A DNA stretch of 63,463 bases, the filler included, from Choristocarpus tenellus KU-1152 (Eukaryota > Protista > Phaeophyceae): NCBI GenBank assembly GCA_964200185.2. It is 11 parts of 11 records of this genome, joined end to end, with 100 filler letters (N's around TTAATTAATTAA, not from the genome) between each part and the next. Parts side by side here need not be neighbours in the genome. Positions count along the whole stretch, not along the records: positions 50,901 to 55,099 come from CAXNAD020015735.1; positions 55,200 to 63,463 come from CAXNAD020004922.1; 9 more parts are not named here. The stretch is one strand, 5' to 3'. The first letter of the stretch is position 1; every line of letters starts with the position of its first letter. Positions 53,901 to 63,463 of this stretch are shown piece after piece. Both the position numbers and the translations under genes were made by a program. Under the pieces are notes generated by a model. That model was given only the letters and a program-made list of their open reading frames with translations. It ran no database searches and was not told where the DNA came from.

Positions 53901-55690
53901 ATAATCTCGACGACAGGGGCCCAGTGAGAAGAGAAAAGGAAGATAGAAACGGTTTGCTGGGTCTGTATTATCAACAATAACAATAACACACAACCATGAG
54001 CATTTTTCAATTTAAGCCTTCGATTTTGGAATACTCTTGTGTGTTCTGTCTCTCCGCTAATTTTCCAGACCATGCAATTTTCCACTGTTGGTTCAGAGTG
54101 CTAGAAGCGATACTAGTTCACCTCCTTGACAACTGTGCCTAGCCTCACACCTATACCAACATATGATGTGAACCTTCTTCAGAGTTCAGATCAAACCAAA
54201 TATATAGCTTTCAAAATCGGCAGCAGCAATCAGTGAGAAGCACCCCCTTCACACATCACACATTTTATTCCCACACACCTGCACCTTTCGCTAAAAAAGG
54301 CAATATCACACCACACTCACGAGTGGTCCCTTGAAGGAGGTAGGGCGATCCTTGGACAGACGCGGTTCCAGTATCCTTTGGACAACCAAATATCCCCTAT
54401 GGGCGCTCCTCTCTCCTCTCTCGTCAAATGCACTTATGGCATGGGGCAAGTGCTCCAGGATCTTGAGCGTGAGCTCATCTATTATGTCCTGAGATGGAAA
54501 TGGTTTATGGAGGTGGGAGAGGGGGCGAAGTGAAGATGGTGCAAGGAAAAGAAGTGTGTATGTAGATTGGTCAAAGCTTGAGAAAAAGATTGAGAAACGC
54601 ATGGATTACAGTTTAAAAAGAGAAACGAGAAGCCTCAGTGATCCAGGAGCATATCACACGCCTCAAAAGTATTCCTACCTTCACACAAGAGAGGAAACTT
54701 CAAAACAAAACTTAACCAGGGCAAGAATGCAAGGCCTACCCCTAGGGGTTGATCCCCCTATCCCTACCCTCAGATGGTGCAGGAACTGTAGGTCTTTGGG
54801 ATTGCGGTGAATGGAGCGACGTATAGCCGTGTGGAGCATGAGACCTGGAATGAATGGGTTCCTGGTATGGGACATACACATGTGTTATGTGAAGAACATG
54901 CCATTGAATGTAAGGAGCAGGGCGAACATGGAAGTATAGGTGAAGGGGGGGAGCAATTTAGAAGAGACATGACGATGAGCGGGGATTTAAGTGACAAGAA
55001 AGATGGGAGTTTTGTTTCTACATGTACTAAAATTACAACGCAATGTACCAACGCTTGACATATACTCAGGGTCAAAGTATCTGGGGGGGGTGGCGAGATN
55101 NNNNNNNNNNNNNNNNNNNNNNNNNNNNNNNNNNNNNNNNNNNTTAATTAATTAANNNNNNNNNNNNNNNNNNNNNNNNNNNNNNNNNNNNNNNNNNNNA
55201 CAATGGCAATAGCTGTGGAAGTGGTATCTGCGCCGAACAATCCGCCAAAAAAGATTACTACAACAATGCGCCGGGGCTGACAGGCAACAAGTGGGTTACG
55301 GGATGCTCGGATCCCCAATCCTTGTACACGCATGATGACTGCTGACTCACCATACACACCGAAGCACGCACAGAAAATTTAAAAAAAACAAACGTACTTC
55401 ACGTGTTTCACATCCAAGGGAAAAAAACAATGTCACACAATATATATATAGCCAGTCTACCACCAGGATATTCACGGGCAAGCAACTGATACATTAAAGT
55501 ACCAAACATACACAAAATGAATTGATCAACTCACATATACCCACGCATAAGAGAGAGAGAGAGAGAGAGAGACATACACTCTTAGTACCTGTACAGGCCT
55601 TTTTTTAGGAACACTTTGCCTGGAAAAAATGCACCCACATTTTTTTTTAATACTCAATCACTGTGTAGGAAAAGGTAGGGCACATGAAGT

Positions 55691-55820
55691 GGCAGCAATA
55701 ATGAATATTTCCCGTGGTTCTGAAAGGGTATACCCTTGTGCTGTCCCATCAAAACGGCAGCAATAGTGATTATTTCCTGTGGTTCTAAAAGGGTATACCA
55801 TTGTGCTGTCCCATCAAAAT
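55691..55820. repeat. 65-bp tandem duplication
   Basis: GGCAGCAATA...GTGGTTCT..AAGGGTATAC..TTGTGCTGTCCCATCAAAA occurs at 55691 and again at 55756. Confidence 0.85.
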
Positions 55821-56577
55821 AAGATGTTTTTCAGATCGGCAATGACCATGTTCCCCCAGTTTTCCTGTGGCAAACCTCTCAACACTCCCTACCCTTTCCC
55901 ATTGTTTTGAGGTACCACTTCCTATGAGGCCATTATGTGGTAGAGGGTAGGATCTTGATTCCACGTACAAAACACCTCACCAAAGATTGGCCTTTGATCA
56001 GTTACAACACTTGAAACTCTACCAGTTACAACAGAGTTTGTTGCTTTTAAAAAGGCACACAAGTCAATGGCGAGGTGAATATTGGATTCACTACTGAAGT
56101 ATGAATGAAAACAAAGTAGACTTGATGAGAACATGTGATCAAAAATCTCATGAAATGGACGGGAAGCTCTCAAATGGACAAGACAGAGCAGTTTTGACAA
56201 CCACGATATTGTGTACTACTGTGACATAATGATAGCGCATTATGGCAAGAGGGAATCAAGGCTCACGCTGCCACGTGCCACAGGTGAGGGAGTTGAATGC
56301 TGTGCAGGCATCTGCAGGAAAAAGAGAAGCACATAGCAGTCCACAAGCACGAGCAAGGCACAAAAGCAACCTTACCATCTCTTGCATACCCAACTTCAAG
56401 TTACATCATTTATACTCTAGACCCACAAAACTTACAGCAGGTTGCGGAGTGACTAGTGTCAAGGATCGGTCCCTTGTCTCTAACTTTTCGTGTACCCTAA
56501 CTGCATCCCTCTCACCACACACTCCAACTAATGAAGATCGAAGCTAACGCACTGGTTGCTCCATTTCACAAACATAC

Positions 56578-58435
56578 CTAGGGCTTAGATGACCTATTTG
56601 CCTCACGTGACCCTGTCCTTCGGCAATAGTGGCAAGACGATTTACTCGGTGGGTGCTGAGGTTGGTCTTGTGGCGGCCATAGGCACGGACATCCTTTCCC
56701 CCCGTGGCAACCCACTTGTTGAACTTAGAGGCAAACCCTTTGAATTTGACCAGAGACTTTCCAACACCCTCCTCCACGACCTCAGCTTCCAGCCACTGCA
56801 CCACCACGACAAGCATTTGGTTACAAGGGATGAGGTGAGAGAGGTAGATGAAACAAAGAGGAAACGTCATATCGCTTCACTGTGTCTATGTAGCTTACTT
56901 TAATGCCATATATCCATACGTGGCCATAGCAGTACGGACGACTTCCTCTGAAGCCATTTCATCTCTCTGAAAAAAAAAAAATTGTGCAACCGCTGACGTT
57001 CTCCATTTTTTTGAATTTCTGAACAGAGGTATCACACCTATCTCTTCCAAAAAGATGGGTGCAATATGACAGATAATATCCACTGCAGGTAGAGTTTATA
57101 GCCCTTCATCCACATTGTGTCTCTCACAGTCCTTGGGTCTCCTTCCACTCTTCCTTACATCCTCTACCACATTTCTATTGTAAGGGCAACTTACCATGTC
57201 TCTTTCGTCCAAGACCTCCACCCGATGCCCCACACGTAGCAGCCCACTCTCTCGGTAGACCTTGGTCCCAGGGGGCGCAAGGCGAGTTGAATCAAAGTCG
57301 ATAGCCTCATCCCACTATCAATAGGGGTGATTCGTTCCCGATATGCATGGGTTATACCCCACAATGAAGAATGGATTGGTTTGGGGCAGATGGGCAGGGG
57401 ATTTGGAGATGTGGGGTGAGAGGGAGGTTCCTTCCATCCTTAGTATTTTGTTCATGCGCTCAAGTGAGTTACGATATCGTGACCTTGAGGCGGGCACAAG
57501 TGTGCAAAACACTATCAATCGGTGCATATCGATTCGTTTATAAACTGGATATTACGTGAATTGATGAGACATTGAAACATAAGGCATTGGGTGGATTAAC
57601 CACCAGAGCACATCTAATTCTATCTGAATAGAGCGAGCATGTACAAGAGTTACTCCCACATTTTTCCCTTACCTTCTGGTTCCAGTAGGTGTAAGTGATG
57701 TGGAACTTGTGTGCTCTTGCATCCACAGCCAAGATCGAGGCTTCACTCCACTTATCCACCGTATCCAAGACATCCAGCTCAGACCCTACGACCAGTCTCT
57801 CCCTCCAATCATCTCGCCCGAGGATATTACTCTCAGGAAGACCCTTGCCACCAGTCGGGTTGCCTCTTACGTGGACCAAGGGATTCACGTCTCTCATCCT
57901 ACCACCAATGGCGTTACGTCCTCCAGAAGCATTTACCTCAGGGGAGGGACCCGAGTATGACGCGGAAAGCCCTCCCCGATTCTCATCCATTGAGTTACTA
58001 CTGTCGGATCCAACCTCAGGACCAGGTGAACGTGGGCGAGCGAGGGGCATATTTTCGTCTCTAACCGGCCTTGCGTTCTCGTCGTTTTGGGGCTGATATT
58101 CACCAGGTCTCTGACTCTCCCAACGACGTCCATGAGGAGACCCCATGATATCGTCGTTCATTCTTTCATTCCTATTACCACTAGTATGGTAGGGATTCCC
58201 TCGGCTCAACAGCGTAGGATCTGTTCCCTGATGTCGATTATCATACATCCCTCCAACCTGCCGTTGCCAACGCTGTTCCTGCTCATTCCCGCTTCCCACA
58301 CGCTGTTCGTTCTCGTTTGGATTATTTACATTATAATTAGGCCCTCCTTGTTGTGATGGTTGTTGCGAACTGGCAAGGAGGGCATTGTCAGGCAGAGCAG
58401 GAGGCACTGTTGCAGTTGTTTTGGTGCTTCCACCT
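56578..58435 (-). CDS. Protein with a disordered N-terminal region and tandem Tudor/Agenet-like repeats (partial)
   Basis: Phase-0 junctions join ~58435-57673 (...WRERLVVGSELDVLDTVDKWSEASIL...HITYTYWNQK), 57314-57195 (WDEAIDFDSTRLAPPGT...VGHRVEVLDERDM) and 56795-~56578 (WLEAEVVE...VKFKGFASKFNKWV). This gives two L.VG..vDv.D...W..a.v...v.y.gw..k.deW repeats. Confidence 0.65.
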
Positions 58436-60369
58436 CTGGGAGGTGAAGACACCAAGGGATCGATTATACAGATTATGATCGGTTGGATGTGTGGTAAGGC
58501 TTTTACTAAGGTCAGTGAGGTGAACTTGGCTAGATTTTTCTTGCTCGACACTGTTCCAGGAGTTCAAGTGTCTAGTCTCACTGTTTGCACCGAAGTATGC
58601 CAGTTTTGATCTCGACTCCGTACCACGATACGTGGGAGGCGTTCTTTTTACATTGGCTCTGAACCCACTAACTTTCCAACCAAACATCTTCACCTCAATT
58701 CCATATACTATTTATTTACTTGTTTCTTTCCCAGCAATTGTGACAAGCCATGCTTTCCCTTCACTCATTCCAGCAGCCAAAGCTCTCTATAACCCACCGA
58801 CTGGACGGCACGGCCGGGAACTGATAACTCATGTACCTGAAGCCATACGGATTAATTGTTTTTGACACATCTTGAGTGTGGAATTCTCTGCTCTGACAAG
58901 AGGGGAGAGTAGTCAATGCATGTTGTGTTTGAGTGTGACTAATTTATTTCCAGCCGAACCCTCACTCGATGCTATGTGAAACAGAAGTTAATACTATTTG
59001 GTTGGACAAATGTTGTTGATCGCCATGTCTCCAAGGTGAGCTGCACTCCCTAATCGGTTTCCAATCCAGCAAGCATATCTCACGGTGAAGGTATATTAGT
59101 CGGGGGGCAAGTTTCAAGGGGTTGGCCTTATTCGGAATTAAGCTCTTCTCCAGAGTGGAAGGTGTGCTGCTGAGGAGGATCAACTGGGGACCTGGAATGG
59201 AGTGGGCAACAACAGCAGATCAACTGCACAGTTGATTAATAACATGTAGAACCAACCTTCTAAAGAGTGCTGGGGATCATCATGGTTAATTTAACAAAGG
59301 AAAACGCTATTTCTCCCAATACTACCACATACACTTTAGGCATTACAGCATTTTAGAACGGTTGGGCAATGGCTGGCTGGTCTTTCTCTCCTTATGCAGA
59401 TGGGAGATGAAATCGTTGCCCCTGATGTTGTCACATGCCCCTCATGCATTAAAACATGAGGTAATACAAGACAGTGGGGACCGCATGATCACTCTTGATG
59501 CGACTGGAAGATGAGGGCATTGAACACATTGTCCAATACACCCCGTGCATCAAGGGATGTGGTCACACAGGACAGTCAGAGGCTGACCACTGTCCTACTT
59601 GAGGAGATAATAGCTGAAGACGTTGTCACTGATGTCACAGGCAGCTCATGCATTGAAGCATGTGACAATGCAGGGCAGTGAGGGTTCGCATTGCAACTCT
59701 TAAAGTCAACAGAAAATAAGGGTACTGCACCCAATGTTGTCACATACACCAATTGCATCACCACATTTGGCTACACAGGTTGGCAGAAAGTGACATTGTC
59801 CTTGCTTAAGAAAACGAAAGCTGAGCGCAACCATATACACCCTTGTCGTTGACTCCTCTGCCAAAGTATACTCCATGGCATGAGTGTGGTCTGCACCTTT
59901 TCTTTTATGTTAATTTTTTGTTCCTTCACACTTGCCATCGATAGCTCTAAGCCCCACTCGCTCCATTTCCAGCATCAGGCAGACACAATGAGGGAAGACT
60001 CGGAGCTTGAGGGTCGAGTGTTGGGGGAACTGGCCTTGGCATACGCGTTGGTGCCAACAACGGCATCTCTGCTGCAAGCATCTAGACCTGCCTGCGTCCT
60101 GGACACTACCATCACGCCCTTCCAGCACAGTACTCACTGTGCCAAGCAAGAAGTACCACTCGAGAAGGTCAAAGAGGTCAAGAAGCAATGTATGTGGACA
60201 GGTTGTCCTGCAATGAGCCCTGTGCAAGGTGAGTCTGGTTCTTCATCCCTCCTCCTTCACCCAAGCATCACACAAAATGCAACATATACTTATCTCTCCA
60301 CTAACACTACCCGTAGCAGAGAGAGGCAGTGGCACAGCATTATCACAGAGATAGAGCATCGAAGTTGTC

Positions 60370-60900
60370 ATCTCGCCACCCACATCACCGGTGGTGAAGA
60401 GAGGCGGTGCTGCTGCACCACAACGGTGTAGGGTGTTCGCAGTACTACCTACAGACCTCAGATAACCACGGGGCGTTCCTCTCATCACCAACATCACCAG
60501 AGGTGGAGAGAAGCGACAGTGCAGCGTCATCACAAAGGAGCAGGGTGTTCAACTCACCATCTGCATCACTGGCAGAGGAGAGAGGTGGTGCTGCCGCACC
60601 ACAAAAGCGTAGGGTGTTCACAGTGCTACAGACATCAGTGTCACCTAGTCACGGGGTGTTCATCTCAACACAAACATCGCCAGAGAGAGAGAGAGGCGGT
60701 GGTCCAGCGTCATCACCAAGGGGCAGGGTGCTCATCTTGCCACCCACATCACCGGTGGCAGACAGAGGTGGCGCTGCTGTACCACGACAGTGCAGGGTAT
60801 TCACAGTGCCAAGGGCATCGGTGTCAAATAGGCCCCACAGGACATGCATCTCACCGCCAACATCACCAGAGGCAGAGAGAGGCGGTGACACATCATGTGG
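60370..60900. repeat. Higher-order minisatellite: alternating ~110-bp and ~70-bp related units (~180-bp period, 3 cycles)
   Basis: The core TCTC.CCACC.ACATCACC.G.GG..GAGAGAGG.GGTG...CAGGGTGTTC recurs near 60371, 60480, 60551, 60661, 60733 and 60848. Confidence 0.75.
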
Positions 60901-60977
60901 AGGGGAAATGCAAGGTTGTTAGAACGTACTCGTACATAGAGGGACGTTCGACAGGACAGCAATTACAACCTTGGCGA

Positions 60978-61268
60978 TCATAAATGAAGATCTTCATTCA
61001 TTTGAGCAGATTCAGCAATTACTTCAGATTCACACCCAGCAAGTTGAATGCATGCTGTGGTAACATCATGATCCTCTGGATCAATGGCACATTTTTTTAG
61101 TGATTGATGTGAACGAGCGATCATTGCTTTGCTTGCAACCATTTCAGAAATTACAAGACCAGCACCACATTTTCTAATCAATTTTCGATATGGTAAATCT
61201 GTTATCCCAGACATTGGTGCTAAGGTTACATGATTTCGTAGTTTTATATTGTCAGTTTGAATTAGCAT
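60978..61268 (-). pseudogene. dusB: Truncated bacterial tRNA-dihydrouridine synthase B (N-terminal ~94 aa), Rickettsiaceae-like
   Basis: LAPMSGITDLPYR...GAGLVISEMVASKAM...QSLKKCAI...ACIQLAGCESEVIAESAQMNED. Intronless. Stops before the catalytic NxGCP motif. Lies in an AT-rich island. Confidence 0.88.
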
Positions 61269-63355
61269 CTTTTCATAACTTGATTCTTTTATTTGCTTTC
61301 TACGGATTGCAAAGCAATGTCATTCAAAACAATTGATAAAGTCATTTATATTTGTATATGGAAAAATTAAGGGATCTCAGATTAGCCGAAAAACGTATTG
61401 CCTGATGGCCACTGTGTGAGACTGGAGTGCAAGAGGGGATGCCTGGCAATGAGCCAGTGGGTGATGACAAGAGGAACGAGTGTCTTTGGGGTGTGGGTGG
61501 CTATGGTCAACCCAGTGTTCACGACAGAGGAGTTGGTGTACTTTCTTTCCTTGAGGCAGTTCACTGGCAGAGGAGAAACACCTGAGTGGATAAGCCAATC
61601 CTTCACTGGTCACATCTGATATCAGCCTTCTTCGCATCCTTCTTGTTGACCACAGTCATGGATAATGATTGGTCACACAGGATCCCGGGATCATCTGCAC
61701 ACACGTGTGTTCTTCGCATATGTTTGTTGGTGCAATGATGCCATTTGCTGTTGATATCTGTGGTGGCTTGCAGGGGGGCCTTCATGGGTAATGTCGGGTG
61801 AGCTGATGTGCAGCGGTGGTAGCATCTGCAGTCTCAATCGCGCGTGCATTTCTTTGTGATGATGGAGAGCAAGGCGAGATGTGCAGTGTTGTTGTTGTGA
61901 GTGCATTGCGATCCTCTCCTTCACAATGTAAACAGTTCCCTGTTTGACATTCTTACCACAATTTCTCTTGTTGTGCTTCGTGGCTTACAAAACGTCATCC
62001 CTATGACGTTTCCCTATCACGTTTTGCTGTTATTTTCGCACTCCTGCCTATGATCCATCGTACGGATGGTGGGTCATTGCGCTGTGAATAAACCAGTCCA
62101 AAAAGTGCCCTGTGTGGATGCGAGTCAATCGACACAGGGTGTTGTTATTTTTCCGCCATCTGAATACCGTACGTAACTGTTATCACGCTGTAACTATATA
62201 ATATTATTGTGCCCTCAGACACTTTGCGAACCTGTCAGGGAAAAATCAGAATTACATTACAAGGACTACTACTGTAAATACAAGAGTTGTTGTCAATGCT
62301 AAGAAACGTTTCAAAAAAATGCACTACTTGAAAACTAACAACACAACAATGTCTCTTTGGCAGTCGCTAATCTCCCTTGCGTGCAACAAATCCTGCGAAC
62401 AGGAGGCTCCGTTTTTGCACGGCTGCCTTGATACTGTCACATCCATTCCAGCCTTCGCAAGGACATTGTTGTAGGACACAATGTGTGTGATCAGTGTGTT
62501 CCCTCATTTGCAAAGTCCAATGCTGCATAGGAGGACTTGGTGGTGATGAGATCGAAGCTTGACATAGTCGACCTAGCGGAGTGTCCACGTCACACAACCA
62601 TATACAACCCTTATTGGTGGTGATGCTGATGCTGCTGCTACTTCTACTACTATATTGCTCTAGAGTACATTGTCATCTTGTGGGAAAACGGTGTGCGGAC
62701 TCGAGTCTTTCCCAAGCAAGGGTAGCCACCGTCAGCGTGAGATGTTCGAAGCAATAATAGCACAGCAACACACATGTCTTCCATGGGTCCTAAAGGAACC
62801 CTCCCGTCAACATCGCACACAATTGGGCAGGTCGTTTTTTTTTAATCTGATAAGGGACCTATCTAGATACAGAGTAGTAATTAAGAGCACCTTGCGCTTC
62901 CAATCCACCCAAAGAACGGAAATTTGAAATCAGGTGACAACGGGAGAGCCTTGATAATGTATTGCTATTGTCATAGCTGCCCTTGCCTTGTGGCTCAAGA
63001 CTAGGATGGACGGGAAAGCAGGGACTCCTGGACCATCGTGAGTGCAGAGGGTCAAACTCTCCTACTATTGGTGTCGAGCGTTATATATTCTGAAGTAGTG
63101 TAACCGCAAACACAGTTCGCTTCGTTTCTTACTACTATTGTATAGGATATATAATATAGAGTAGTATTGGTAGGATATTTGGAAGGGGCCTAGGCAAAGA
63201 ATCCCTGATGCACGGTCTCTCGCACCTTGCACCCTGCACCGATCCTTGTATGTGCATTACTGTGGGAGTGTCTACAACATTGGACCCAGCAAGTAAATAG
63301 TTGTACTATCAGTGTTTAACGATATTGCTACTACAACAACAATGGATTTCGAAAT

Positions 63356-63463
63356 GAGCGAAAGTATCTTAGAGGGCACGAGTTTTGCCCTGTTTGTCCA
63401 TTTGGAGCTTGGCTTCCCATGTTTATTTTCATGATATTTTTCTACTCCAAAATGTTTCGGAGT
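63356..63463 (-). mobile_element. MITE family 1, inverted copy running off the window end
   Basis: GAGCGAAAGTATCTTAGAGGGCACGAGTTTTGCCCTGTTTGTCCATTTGG... Confidence 0.85.

Noticed and set aside
11666-55199. Recurrent TTAATTAATTAA motif flanked by Ns, and any apparent gene cluster across it
   Set aside because: Artificial six-frame-stop linker used to concatenate contigs. Adjacency of genes on different contigs has no biological meaning.
60975-61377. GATC sites near both ends of the dusB island, suggesting a restriction-ligation chimera
   Set aside because: The island also has internal GATC sites (~61070, ~61079, ~61119) and one junction GATC is simply the centre of the palindrome. Not persuasive, although read-level checking is still needed.

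Overview
Intron-rich eukaryotic nuclear DNA. It is probably from a stramenopile such as a brown alga or a close relative; this is an inference from gene structure, TTAGGG motifs and transposon types. The window is not one locus. It is 11 contigs joined by artificial 100-nt linkers (N44-TTAATTAATTAA-N44), so gene order across linkers carries no information. Genes I could rebuild exon by exon are: a FIG4/SAC3-type phosphoinositide phosphatase, the 5' end of nicastrin (GC-AG first intron), the 3' part of a nucleolin/NSR1-like RRM-RGG protein, an EcKL/APH-like kinase, a 14-exon Agd3/CE18-like polysaccharide deacetylase with intact catalytic motifs, and a protein with tandem Tudor/Agenet-like repeats. 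Mobile DNA includes a Tc1-like MITE, a Tc1/IS630 transposase fragment, Copia and tyrosine-recombinase (DIRS-like) retroelement relics, and two related MITE families. One MITE family has GAG...CTC termini and 4-bp target-site duplications (Sola-like) and occurs nine times. The most interesting signals are: (1) the fungal-biofilm-type Agd3/CE18 deacetylase as a fully intronised gene; (2) an AT-rich ~400-bp Rickettsiaceae-like dusB fragment with a fold-back palindrome at its truncation point; (3) the Sola-like MITE pair; (4) CpG decay patterns suggesting 5mC methylation. All family calls come from recalled motifs, not database searches.
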